A stretch of 64,000 nucleotides of DNA, from assembly GCA_026770705.1 (NCBI GenBank), contig JANJGN010000018.1:93620001-93684000 (forward strand), read 5' to 3'. The position numbers and the translations under genes were made by a program. This stretch comes from Isurus oxyrinchus. Taxonomy: Eukaryota. Below the pieces are notes generated by a model that was given only the letters and a program-made list of their open reading frames with translations, had not been told where the DNA came from and did no database searches. Below, piece by piece: positions 1-12,100 of this stretch; the stretch's first letter is position 1, and every line of letters begins with the position of its first letter.

Positions 1-640
1 TAGGTGTTAATGGAAGAATAAAGGTCAGCACTGTCTGAAAGCAAAATAGCAGAATGTGTTATAGCAGAATAAAGGTCCACGCTGTCTGAAAGCAAAAACA
101 TGAGAACAAGATACTGACTGGCACTTTGGGGAAAAAAAGAAAATTCAAAATGGAGGACAGAGTTCGTGGTCTGAAATTGTTGAACTCAATGTTGAGTCTA
201 GAAGGCTGTAAAATGCCTAATCGGAAGATGTGATGCTTGTGTTGGGCTTCACTGGAACATTGTAGCAGGCCGCTGACAGAAATGTAAGCATGAAAACATT
301 GAAACAGCAAGCAACAGGAAGGTCAGGATCATGCTTGTGGACTGAGCAAAGGTGTTCCATAAAGCGTTCACCCAGTCTGTGTTTGGTCTCTCAAAAGTAG
401 AATAGACCACATTGCAAGCATTGAATACAGTAGACTAAATTGAAATAAGTATAAGTAAATCGCTGCTTCACCTGGAAGGAGTGTTTGGGACCTTGGACAG
501 TGAGGATGGAGGAGGTAAAGGGCGAAGTGTTACACATCCTGCAATTGCATGGAAAGATGCCGTAGGAAGGTTTTGAGGTGTTGGGGATAATAGAGGAGTA
601 GACTAGGATGTTGCTAAAGGAACAGTTCCGTTGGAATGAA
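1..640 (-). mobile_element. Decayed Penelope-like element 3' fragment (GIY-YIG endonuclease region)
   Basis: Minus-strand ORFs read 'CNTSPFTSSILTVQGPKHSFQVKQRFT..NLVYCIQCLQCGL' and 'GLLQCSSEAQHK..IFRLGILQPSRLNIEFNNFR', matching the endonuclease end of the element at 3026-6043. Confidence 0.85.
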
Positions 641-799
641 TAATTTCCTTGATTTGAATAGCTGTGCAGCTTGTCATACAATATTTACTGAGCTGGAAAG
701 TCACTGCTACTTTCAGATAGGTAAAACTGAAACATGTGAGGATACTTCCACTAGTTGGGTGATGGTATGATCTACTGTGTTAAATACAATGGAGAGGCC

Positions 800-1960
800 A
801 AGAAGGGCAGGAGGAATAATAACAACTTACATTCATATAGTACTGTCAATAAAACATCACAATGCAGTTCAGAGAAACATTATCAAACAAAATATGACAC
901 AAAGCCATGCAAAGAGATATTAGGACAGGCGACCAAAAGCTTAATTAAAGAGGTAGGTTTTAATGATAATGAAAGAGAGCTGGAGAGGTGTATGGGGAAG
1001 AATTCAAGCTCGTTGTGCTCAGGTAGCTGAATACACAGCTGCCAATAGGGGAATGATGAAAAAGGTTGTGTAAAAAGCCAGAAATGGAGGAGTGTAACTG
1101 GAGTAGATTACTGAGATAGGGAGGGGTGAGACCAAGGTGGGGTTTAAAAACAAGGATGATGATTTTAAAACTGAAGCATTAACAGATTCAGACCCAGTGT
1201 AGGTTAGTGAGCACAGGAATGAGGGGCGAACAGGACTTGGTGTGAGATAGAGCACGTACAGAGTTTTGAATGAATTTAAGTTTATGTAGGGTGGGAGATC
1301 AGCCAAGAGAGCATTGGAAGAGACAAGTCTAGATGTAACAATGGCACAGACCTTTCAGCAACTGATGAACTAAGGCTGGACAAAGACTGGCGATGTTAAA
1401 GTGTGGAGAGTAAGCAATCTTGCTGATGGAATGGATATATGGTCGGAAACTCATCTTGGGACCAAATAAGACGTCAAGGTTGCAAATGGTTTGGTTCAGC
1501 CTCGGACAGGGACCTGGAAGAGACAGTGACTAGGAAATGGATGTGATAGGGATGGATAGGGATGGAAAACAATGGCTTCAGTCTTCCCAATATTTAACTA
1601 GTGGAAATTTCTGATCGCCTAGGACTATATACTTAACAAACAGCATGACTAATCAGAGACAGTGGAGGGGGGTCCAGAGGGGGTGTAGTGAGGTAGAGCT
1701 GGGTGTTGTCACCGTACAAGTGGAACCTAACATTGATAGTGTGGAGAGGTCAAGAAGGACAAGGAGGAATAAAGACATTGTGTTTTTGGATGTTGTTGTC
1801 AAAGGGCAGCACATGGATGAGAAATAGGAGCAGGCCAAGGATAGATCCCTGGAGGATACCAGAGGAAACAGTGCAGGAATTGGGAGAGAAGCCATTACAT
1901 ATGATACTCTAGCTATGATTAGATAGATGAGAATGGAATCAGGTGAGGGCAGTCCCAAAC
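800..1960 (-). mobile_element. Degenerate L2-type LINE 3' portion
   Basis: The minus strand around 1240-1350 resembles the L2 ORF2 C-terminus (TSRLD.SNALL-like); the purine-rich plus strand and the 3' end near 820-960 fit shark L2 remnants. No intact ORF. Confidence 0.55.
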
Positions 1961-3461
1961 AACTATATGCATTAAAGTCAGAAAAATTTAGTACTCTGTC
2001 AGACCATAATGTAAGGACTGAGAAGCCAGCTCTGGTCACAGGGGCACAAAGGAATCAAAGCCCCGGGGACAGTTCAGAGAAGTGACACAACACTGATTGT
2101 TCATGCCAGATGCCTGAGTGAGGAAAGATTGGCAAAACAATAGCTTTTCAGTGATGAAAGGAGAAGGTTTCAGAAGGGTGATCTCAACAAACTATACACA
2201 GTAAATAGTTTGGAAAAGTGGAATCTATTTCAAATTAAACCATGACAGTAGTTCAACAGGATACAGGTTCAAATTAGCAAAGGGCATATATGGGGCTGAC
2301 GTCAGGAAGTTCTTCACATGGACAATGATCAACACGTGGAATGGACTTCTGGAAAGTGGAGATGAAAATCCTGTCATCACTTAGCAATAGTTAGATCCCT
2401 TAATGGGATTTATTTCTGGATAGAGGAGCTAAAATAACTATATTTCTTTTCACATTTGTATCTTTCTTTCTGATGAGCCCTATCTGCAAATACTATAAGG
2501 AATAACACAGGCACGAAGCACATAACAAATCTGCAAGTTCTGATGTAATTACTAAATCCCTGACATAATTTGAACCCCTTACTGTGTCACTTACATTGTG
2601 TTACTGTGTGTTATATTCTTTTTTAACATGGAACTTCAACAGCAATATCAAGTTCCAAGCTAGGGAATAGCAAGGGGTAGAAGTGAAAGAAAACTGCTAC
2701 ATATCATTGCTATCTTCTTTCAAATTCTAAAGGCAGTCAAGCCTCTAGAAGATGAGCGATGGGACTGTAGTTCAAGTTCACTCAGTTTCTTTGTTGCTGA
2801 TGGAGATTAATTAAAAGCTTCACATGCAAGAAGAGAGACATGAAGTAGAAGAGATGGAACTTATTTCTCGTTACTTCGCTCTGAGAAACATCCCAAGGGC
2901 TCACAGGAAATGAATGATTCATTAGGAGCCATTTTGCATCTGGCAGATGTAGCGATGAGATGAATGGTGATCTGTTTTTACAAATGCTGTTGAAGGAAGA
3001 ATGCTGGACAGGACTCCGGGAGACTGTCTCCGTTTCCGACTTACCCCACGTGGATTTCAACTGAAATTCCACCCCTCATGTTTCGAACCCACCCAGGATT
3101 ACAGGTATTTCTGGGACATAAAACGTTTCTCGGACTGCTGTTCCCGTCACATTCTGAGATCCACACTCAGTGCCATGCGCCGCCATATGAACACACTCGA
3201 CCTCTCCCTCCAGCAGCATCGCCATACCCTTTTTCAAAGCTGCACGTGCCCCCAGTTTCATTTTATTCTTCGTCTTATCCGACGCCTCAACAAGAAACTT
3301 TTTCTCTTTCTCTCAAGTGCTAAGGAACGCATCGACACCAACACCCATCTAGGACCCTCCACCCCGCCTGTCCCTCCGTCCCCACCCCATCTTCCAATCC
3401 CAGCCCCAGCCATGTATTCGCTATACCCCCTGACCTTTCCCTCTCCGACGCTGAATGTTCA

Positions 3462-5586
3462 GTGCTTAGCAAAGGACTTAGTTTCATACCCTTACGCCCT
3501 CATCTCAATGAATTTTGGGCTCGGCCCGATGCTGAACTCTTCTTCTGCCGTCTTCGTCTCCGGGCGCACTTTGGGCAGGAGTCCTCTCCCCGTTCAACAG
3601 ATCCTTTTACCCACCTCCAATATTCTCACTCCACCTGGACCCATCCGTCTGGATTCTTACCTTCTCTTGATCTTTTCATTGAGAACTGTCAGTGTGACAT
3701 TAGTCGTCTCAATTTCTCTGCTCCTCTCACCCATTCTAATCTCTCTCTCTCTGAACTTACTGCATTCCGTTCTCTCAGGTCCAACCCTGACATTGTCATC
3801 AAACCCGCTGACAAGGGTGGTGCTGTTGTTGTCTGGCGCACTGACCTCTACCTCGCGGAGGCTGAGCGTCAATTCGCAGACACTTCCTTCTACCTCTCCC
3901 TGGACCATGACCCCACCACTGAACATCAAGCCATTGTTTCCAGGACTGTCACTGACCTCATCTCCTCTGGGGATCTTCCTCCCATAGCTTCCAACCTGAT
4001 GGTCGCCCAACCTTGGACGCCCCGCTTCTACCTCCTACCCAAAATCCACAAACAGAACTGCCCCGGTAGACCGATCTTGTCAGTTTGCTCCTGCCCCACG
4101 GAACTCATTTCTCGTTATCTTGACTCCCTTCTCTCTCCCCTTGTCCAGTCCCTTCCCACCTATATCCGTGATTCCTCTGACACCTTATGTCACATCAACA
4201 ATTTCCAGTTCCCTGGCCCCAACCGCTTCCTCTTCACCATGGACGTCCAATCCCTCTACACCTCCATCCCCCATCAGGATGGTCTGAGGGCCTTTAGCTT
4301 CTTCCTCGAACAGAGGCCCGAACAATCCCCATCCACCACTACTCTCCTCCGTCTGGCTGAACTTGTTCTCACACTGAACAATTTCTCCTTCAACTCCTCT
4401 CACTTCCTCCAAATAAAAGGTGTGGCTATGGGTACCCGCATGGGCCCCAGCTATGCCTGTCTCTTTATGGGATATGTGGAACATTCCTTATTCCAGTCCT
4501 ACTCCGGCCCCCTTCCACAACTCTTTCTCTGGTACATCGATGATTACTTCGGTGTTGCTTCAATCTCTCGTCGGGACTTGGAAAAATTTATTAATTTGGC
4601 TTCCAATCTCCACTCTTCCATTTTCACATGGTCCATCTCTGACACTTCCCTTCCCTTTCTTGACCTCTCTGTCTCAATCTCTGGTGATAGACTGTGCACC
4701 AATATCCATTACAAGCCTACCGACTACCACAGCTATCCCGACTACAGCTCCTCACACCCCGCTTTCTGTAAGGACTCCATCCCATTCTCTCAGTTCCTTC
4801 GCCTCCGTCGCATCTGTTCCGATGATGCTACCTTCAAAAACAGTTCCTCTGACATGTCCTCCTTCTTCCTTAACCAAGGTTTTCCATCCATGGTCGTTGA
4901 CAGGGCCCTCAACTGTGTCCGGCCCATCTCCCGCGCATCCGTCCTCACGCCTTCTCCTCCCTCCCAGAAACATGATAGGGTCCCCCTTGTCCTTACTTAT
5001 CACCCCACCAGCCTCCGCATTCAAAGGATCATCCTCCACCATTTCCAGCATGATGCCAACACCAAACACATCTTCCCTTCACTCCCCCCTGTCGGCATAC
5101 CGTAGGGATCGTTCCCTCCGGGACACCCTGGTCCACTCCTCCATCACCCCCTTCTCCTCAACCCCCACCTATGGCACCTCCCCATGCCCACACAAAAGAT
5201 GTAACACCTGCCCCTTCACTTCCTCTATCCTCATCGTCCAAGGGCCCAAACACTCCTTTTGAGTGAAGCAACATTTCACTTGCATTTCCCCCAACTTAGT
5301 CTACTATATTCATTGCTCCCAATGTGGTCTCCTCTACATTGGAGAGACCAAAATGGGCGTCCGCTTTGCAGAACACCTGTGGTCTGTCCGCAAGAATGAC
5401 CCAAACCTCCCTGTCGCTTGCCATTTTAACACTCCACTCTGCTCTCTTGCCCACATGTCTGTCCTTGGCCTGCTGCATTGTTCCAGTGAAGCCCAATGCA
5501 AACTGGAGGAACAGCACCTCATCCTCCAAATAGGCACTTTACAGCCTTCCAGACTGAATATTAAATTCAACAACTTTAGGTCTTGA
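3462..5586 (+). pseudogene. Penelope-like RT-endonuclease reading frame broken by frameshifts and a TGA at 5260-5262
   Basis: RT in ORF 3462-5105, linker at the end of ORF 4420-5262, GIY-YIG in ORF 5263-5586; the N-terminal part lies in ORF 3001-3987. Confidence 0.9.
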
Positions 5587-5942
5587 GCTCCCTCCTCCAT
5601 CCCCACCCCCTTTCTGTTTCTTCCCCCTTCCTTTTGTTTTTTTCCAATAATTTATATAGATTTTTCTTTTCCCACCTATTTCCATTATTTTTAAATCTTT
5701 TATGCCCCCCACCCCCACTAGAGCTATACCTTGAGTGCCCTACCATCCATTCTTAATTAGCACATTCGTTTAGATAATATCACCAACTTCAACACCTCTG
5801 TGTTCTTTTGTCTGTGACACCTTTTGATGATCTGCTCCTATCACTGCTTGCTTGTCTCTACAACACCCCCCCCCCCCCACTTCTCCCCCCCTCCCACCTT
5901 AAACCAGCTTATATTTCACCCCTCTCCTTGTAAAGAAAAATC

Positions 5943-5981
5943 AGTTCTGTTGAAGGGTCCTGAGGACTCGAAACGTCAACT
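5943..5981 (+). ncRNA. Minimal type I hammerhead-ribozyme-like motif in the Penelope 3' tail (variant core CUGUUGA)
   Basis: AGTT-CTGTTGA-A-GGGTC(ctgag)GACTC-GAAAC-GTC-AACT: stem I AGTT/AACT, stem II GGGTC/GACTC, GAAA, palindromic ACGT stem III, predicted cleavage after GUC at 5977. Confidence 0.7.
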
Positions 5982-6622
5982 CATTTCTTCTCCGCCGATG
6001 CTGCCAGACCTGCTGAGATTTCCAGGTAATTCTGTTTTTGTTTAGGACTCGGGGAGACTTGTTCTTCGGGTAATGTTTTCTGATCTTCTAAATCGACATT
6101 AATAGGATTTAGTGTAATATCACATCCAAAGAACATCACACCCAATATATCTAGCCCCTGGTGAGGCGCGGAAATACCAGCCGAGACTCATGCGACTTAC
6201 TGGAAGCCATAACTTTCTGTCTCCAAAGCTGGAAGCTCACCAAAACAGAAGGTACGGAGCGAGAGGGGAGTAGGATAATCTATTAATGAAAAGACTTTTG
6301 ATACCCAGGTTACCGCCCTAGAAACATCCAATCACCCTATGCAGAATCCCACATATGACACCCAATTCTCAGAATTGTCATCTTGTTCCAGTTCCTACTC
6401 ATTGACGTTGACATACAAGATGTGATTCCTTTTAGAAGTTTGACTAATTTCAAATAATCTGCGATATCAGTGGCCGTTTGCTAAAACTACAATTTGAATA
6501 CTCCCACTGTATGGGCAGCACTGCTCTCGCCTTCAAAGAGCATTGTCTTCGAGGGAACCTCTTGCAATTCTGACAATTACGCAATGTGTGCAACGGACAG
6601 AACCGAAGCTGCTGTTGGGCTC

Positions 6623-6644
6623 GGGGGGGGGGGGGGGGGGGGGG
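6623..6644 (+). repeat. Poly-G tract (22 nt) in a locally CpG-enriched segment
   Basis: Uninterrupted G run. Confidence 0.9.
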
Positions 6645-7174
6645 AGAGGGTGTAATAAGTAGCGGTCAAGTTGTTCAAGAGAAGGTGGGACGAGCCATGT
6701 CTGGAGTCCAATTGTACATCTCTAGCGTGTCAGCATCGAGAGAGGTAAATGTGGCGCAGGGCGATGGACCCAAGCAGCCTTCAGGCGGCGGCATAGCTCG
6801 TTACCAAACCAAACTTTCACCAAGTGTCAGTTTAATATTCTAGAAACATTGTTAATATAATTAATTTATTCGAAATACCTTGGGTATGAATTCTGATAGA
6901 ATTATTTATATATAATTAATTATTCGGTGTAATCAGCTGCCTATTTATGTATATATATATATATAAAATCAAGATTTCCCAATTTTAGTCATTGGAGATC
7001 ATTCATGATCGTTTTGGAGACTATTATATCTCATAAAATGTTGTGAGTGATCGCTAAGATAGTGAAGAGAAGCACGAATTACATTCGTAAGATATTTCGA
7101 CGCAAAATCATTTGAAAGCAGCTGCCCAGATCCGGTGGAACTTTCCCGAATTTAAAACTAAACAAAGGCTCTGG

Positions 7175-7266
7175 TGAAGGGTCATGAGGACTCGAAACGT
7201 CAACTCTTTTCTTCTCTGTCGTTGCTGCCAGACCTGCTGAGTTTTTCCAGGTAATTCTGTTTTTGT
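7175..7266 (+). mobile_element. Penelope tail-only insertion (92 bp) with 11 bp TSD
   Basis: Near-identical to 5951-6041; AAAGGCTCTGG at 7164-7174 and 7267-7277. Confidence 0.9.
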
Positions 7267-7549
7267 AAAGGCTCTGGGATCTCTGGCAGTTAATGAAAGC
7301 CCGCGCTTTAACATATAACACCCCATTGTCTCAGTCCACCACATTGACACACCTACTATTATTTCAAATACTGGCAGACTTCACCCATTCTTGGGTAAGT
7401 GGAACCTGTGGCGCACTGACCCATCAAACCTAGAAATCCCGCTTCTGATTCCTAACCTGTGAGGCTCATCGATTTCAGCCGGAGGCAGCAAGGGATTCTG
7501 TCTCGATTTCTGTCCAGACTTTCAGCGTATTTGGGCAATCACACTTGTG

Positions 7550-8640
7550 TCACTCTTTGAAAGAGCTATCCAATATTTTTCACTCCCTTCTCTTTTCACA
7601 ATGTCCAGCAAAGGTTTTCCTTTCAAGTATTTGCCCAGTCCCCTTTTAAAAGTGATTATTGAATCTGCAGACAGTGCAATCCAGCTGACAACTCGCTTCA
7701 TCATTTTTTCCCCACTTGTTGCCTCTAGTTCTTTTGCTACTTACCGCAAATCTCAGCTGTCTGGGTTACCCTTCTCCTTATTTACTGTATCCAAACCCTT
7801 CATGATATTAAATATTCTCTGCTGCTGTAAGGAGAACAATTCCAATTTTTCTAGTCTCTTCGTGTAACAGGCATTTCAGCCTTGATACCATTCTAGTAAA
7901 TCTTCACTGCACCCTCTAAGGCCTTGAAATCCTTCCTAACGTCTGGTGCCCAAAATTATGTCACCTAGCCAGTATTTTATATAGGTTTAGCATAACTTTC
8001 TTGCCTTTGTACTCTTTGTGCTAGAAATTCATCTCAGTCGGTGACATGGAACAAGTGGTGTCAGATCTGCTGCCTATTATATGCAGTGCCTGATATTCGG
8101 TTACATTGCAGTCAGTAGAACTAAATATCAGGAGTCGTATAGAACAGGTGACCGGATCCGATATTGCCTGTGACAAATTTCTTCTAGCCTGTTGCCTATA
8201 AATTAGACCAATGATTTTGTATCCCTTTTTTATCAGCCTTCTCAACAGACCCTGCCACATTGAAAGACTAGTGTCCGTAAATGCTCTAGGTGTCATTCTT
8301 ACCACCAAAATGAATCATTTGCCAATTCTCCATGTTCATTTTCATCTGCAATAGGTCTGATCATTTCACCAGCTTGTCTATGTCCTCCTAATATCTGTTT
8401 CTATCCTCTTCATTGTTTACTACTTTTCTGAGTATTGTCATCTGCAAACTTTAATAGTATGTGCTGTAACCACAAATCCAGGTCATTTATATCAAAAAGG
8501 AGCAGTGATTTCAATATTGGCAACAAAGGAACACCATTGCGCTCTTCACTCCTGTTTAAAAAATAACAATTTACTGTGGTTCTGAGCCAATTTAGTATCC
8601 ATGCAGCAACTGCCTTTGTTACCTAGTTCAATTTGCTAAT
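7550..8640 (-). mobile_element. Degenerate CR1 LINE 3' fragments
   Basis: The minus strand resembles CR1 ORF2 end and 3' UTR (e.g. 'aagtttgcagatgac' = KFADD at ~8437-8451). Confidence 0.6.
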
Positions 8641-9184
8641 GCCTATTACAGTGGTACATCTTCAATCAGAAGTGCAGACTGGATAATCCTTATCAACATC
8701 CTACTGAAATCCCTACCCATCACAGATGCCAGTCTTGTCATTTCAATTCACTCCACCTGATTTCAAGAAACAACTGAATGCATTGGATATAGCAAAGGCT
8801 TTAACTACTTCCAAACCATAGTGCTGAAGACTTGTGCTCCAGAACTAGCCATTCTGCTATCCAAGTTGTTCCAGAACAACTATAACACTAGTATCTACCT
8901 GGCCAAATGGAAAATTGCCCAGGTATGTCTTGTCCTCAAGAAAGACAAATCCAAACCAGCCAATTACTGCCCCATCAGTCTACTCTCGATCATCAGAAAG
9001 CTGGTGGAAAGGATTTTTTTTTAAATTAGTGCTATCAAGCAGTACTTACTCCCCAATAACCTGCTCAGTTTGGGTTCCACCAGGACCACTTGACTCCATA
9101 TCTCATTATAGCCTTGTTCCAAACATGGACAAAAGCGCTCAATTCCAGAGTGAGCTTACAGTGACTGTCCTTGACATCAAGGCA

Positions 9185-9530
9185 TCACATCACTGGCTCT
9201 CTTGAATTGAGGATGACGTTGACTCCAGGTTGCAAGCTTTTGCCATGGGTCTTCATGTAACTGAACAGGCCAAGGTATGGGAAGCGCTTGATGTATCCTG
9301 GAATCTCTCCTTCAACATATATGGGAGGTGGAATATTTGACTGACCAGGTGTGGGTTGATATGTATTTTGTTTTGGCGATAATCACAGAGAGGCTGAGTT
9401 TCTTGTATGCAGGATTGCAGAAGTCGAGATTGGCTTGTAAATCTGATGTGAAGTAGGCAATGACACTGCAGTCATCTGCGAACTGTAAATCATGTATATC
9501 TATGGTGGTCAGTTTAATTGTGGCACAGAG
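9185..9530 (-). mobile_element. RTE-clade LINE fragment nested in the family B LINE
   Basis: ORF 'IHDLQFADDCSVIAYFTSDLQANLD..AYKKLSLSVIIAKTK' is RTE-like RT; 12 bp duplication GACATCAAGGCA at 9173-9184 and 9531-9542. Confidence 0.8.
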
Positions 9531-10504
9531 GACATCAAGGCAGCATTTAACTGAAAGTGGCATCAAGGATCTCTTGGAAAATTGAAGTCAATGAACACCA
9601 AGGGGAAATTTCTCCATGGGTTTAGTTATACCTAGCAGAAAGGAAGGTGGTTATGTTTGTTGGAGGCCAATTATCTCAGCCTTAGAACATTGCTGCAAGA
9701 GTTTCTCAGCAGCTCATCAATATTCTTCCTTCCATCATAAGGTCAGAAGTGGGGATGTTTGCTGATGATTGCATAGTGTTCAGTTTCATTTGCAACTTCT
9801 CAGACACTGAAGCAGTGTGTGTCCATATGCAGCAAGACCTAGACAACGTTCAAGCTTGGGCTGTAATTAACAAGTTTAATATGTGCCACAAAAGTGCCAG
9901 GCAATGACCATCTCTAACAAGGAGGAGAAAAACAATCTCTCCTTGAATCACTGAATCCCCGTTCAATATTCTGGGGTTACCTTTGACCAGAAACATGACA
10001 GGATCAGCCACATAAACACCATAGCTACAAAGAGGTCAAACAGGAAATTCTGCAGGGACTAACTCATCTCCCAACTTCCCAAAAGCCTTTCCATCATCTA
10101 TAAAAAACACATCAGGAGTGAGATGGAACACTCTCCATTTGCCTGGATGTGTGCAGTTCCAACAACACTTAAGAAGTTCCACTCCATCCAAGACAAAGCA
10201 GCCCATTTAACTGGCATTTCATCCACCACCAGCAGTGCATCTGGACTGCAGTATGCATCATCTACAAAATGCACTGCAGCAATTTGCCAATGCTCCTTCA
10301 ACACCACCTTACAAACCTGTGACCTCTACTACCTAGAAGGGCAGCAGGTACATGGGAACACCACCATGTACAAGTTCCCCATAAGTCACGCAACATCCTG
10401 GCTTGGAAGTATATTGCCTTACTTTCATTATCACTGGGTCAAAATTCTTGAATCTCCTCCCTAACAGCGCTTTGGGAGTAAATACATGACATGGACTTCT
10501 GTGG

Positions 10505-10870
10505 GGGTTTTTTTGATTCATTCTTTCATCGTTTATGTGCGACACTGGCAAGGCCAAAATCTGTTGCCCATCTCTAACTGTCCCTGAACTGAGTGACTTG
10601 CTAGGCCATTTCAGAGGGCAGTTAAGTGTCAACCACATTGCTGTGTGTCCGGAGTCACATGTAGGCCAGACCAAGTAAGGATGGCAGATTTCCTTCCTTA
10701 AAGGACATTAGTGAACCAGATGGGTTTTTACAACAATTATTTTTATGACCAGCTTCTAATTCCAGGTTTTATTAACTGAATTTAAATTCCACCACCTGCT
10801 GTGGTGGGATATGAACCCACGTCCCAGAGCATTAGTCTGGGCCTCTGGATTACTAGTCCGCTACACCATC
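10505..10870 (-). mobile_element. tRNA-derived SINE with a family B LINE-like tail
   Basis: The minus strand reads 'ggactagtaatccagagg...gggttcatatcccacc' (B-box-like) and ends with 'gttagagatgggcaacagat', similar to the family B 3' end. Confidence 0.7.
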
Positions 10871-10999
10871 ATCTCCACTGAAGGTTCAAGAAGGTGGCTA
10901 CCAGCTTCCTGAGGGCAATTAAGGGTGTATAATAGATGCTGGCCTTGCCAATAATATTCACATCCCATAAACAAATAAAAATAAGTTTTAGCAGATCCC

Positions 11000-12100
11000 T
11001 TTTGAAAGTCCATCTAATCAATCTTTTACTTGATCACAGTCCAATTAGTCAAACATGACTATGTTAACTCTCCACAGATGCTGCTTGATCTGTTGAGCAA
11101 TTTCAGCATTTTCAATTTTTCTTTCAAATTTCCAGCATCTGCTGTGTTTTGCTTTTGCATATTATATTAGTCAAACATGATTTGTCTTTAACATACCCAT
11201 GCTGGTTTTCATTCCAAACCCATATTTTTCCAAGGGTCAATTAATTTTATCTTGGATTAATGACTTTAAAGCAGGTCCCCACCACTAACATTGGACTATT
11301 TAACCTGCAATTTCCACGTTCATCCCTCTCCCTCTTTTAAACAGGGGTATAACATTTGCCAGTCCTCTAGCATTGCTCCCATATCTAAGGTGGATTGGAA
11401 GATTATGACCAGAACCTCTGCCATTTCCATTCTTGCTTCCCGCAATGACCTAGGGTACATCCCATCTGGACCAGGTGGCCTGTCTACTTTAAGCACTGCC
11501 AATCCTTCAAGTACCTCTTCCTCCTCATCTATTTTTATCCTATTGAATTTTTACACAGGGAGGTCAAGTCCATGTCTCTGAGCCAGAAGCTCTGGGTTTA
11601 AGTTGCACTCCAGGACTTGACAGTCACAGACGTTCCATTCATAATGTGGCCAAACAGGTTAATTATCAACCTGCAAATCCTTCCAAGCAGGTGATGAGGG
11701 GAGTGTCTCTTGGTAAGCTATACTTGATGTAGAGTGTGCCCCTCAAGCAATAGCTGCTGGTGACAAGCTAGCGACCTGTTCCAAGAAAAACTAGTTATGG
11801 AAACAGATATTAGCATGTGTCTTGTCTGCTTCATGCACCCCTAGGTGTGGGAAGGGACTGAAGAATTTTTCTAATACTTTCTCCTTCAATGTCATTGGCA
11901 GCATCCTCTTCTTTAGTGAAGACAGGTACAAGGTACTCATTTAATACCTTAACCACCTCTGCCTCCATAAGGTCATCTCTTTGATTTCTAATCAGCCCCA
12001 TCCTTTGACTACCATTTTGCTATTTTCACAATAATAAAACACTTTTGGGTTCCCTTTTGTTACCCACTAATCTATTCTCATACAAATTCTCCCTGTATTT
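11000..12100 (-). mobile_element. CR1 LINE fragment with nested short insertions
   Basis: ORF 11320-11502 'LKVDRPPGPDGMYPRSLREARMEMAEVLVIIFQSTLDMG..EDW' is CR1 ORF2. Confidence 0.8.
11059..11165 (+). mobile_element. Older Penelope-tail-derived short insertion with 15 bp TSD
   Basis: 'ctccacagatgctgcttgatctgttgag...tttccagcatctgc' resembles the tail; ATTAGTCAAACATGA at 11044-11058 and 11166-11180. Confidence 0.8.

Larger units (their letters stand above)
3026..6043 (+). mobile_element. Penelope-like retroelement (RT + GIY-YIG, probably Neptune-type), near full-length, disrupted
   Basis: ORF 3462-5105 has PLE RT motifs (IKPADKGGAVVVW, FYLLPKIHK, MDVQSLYTSIP, QIKGVAMGTRMGPSYA, WYIDD). A Cys linker (CPHKRCNTC) and GIY-YIG (NLVYYIHCSQCGLLYIGET) follow in other frames. 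Flanked by AGGACTC(C/G)GGGAGACT at 3010-3025 and 6044-6059. Confidence 0.95.
8700..10980 (+). mobile_element. Jockey-group (CR1/L2-like) LINE, 'family B', 5'-truncated, with nested insertions
   Basis: ORF pieces 'LKTCAPELAILLSKLFQ..WKIAQVCLVLKKDKSKPANYCPISLLSII', 'atgtttgctgatgattgc' (MFADDC), 'MEHSPFAWM'. Same family as 40700-43290. Confidence 0.85.

Noticed and set aside
3001-5262. Long overlapping ORFs (328 aa, 280 aa) and antisense ORFs as separate genes
   Set aside because: They are frameshifted pieces or shadow frames of the Penelope ORF in C/T-rich, stop-poor sequence.
7171-7177. CTGGTGA as a third hammerhead core variant
   Set aside because: CTGG belongs to the target-site duplication; the insertion starts inside the core.
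10780-10870. tRNA gene
   Set aside because: A B-box-like motif is present but it continues into a SINE body; no complete cloverleaf.
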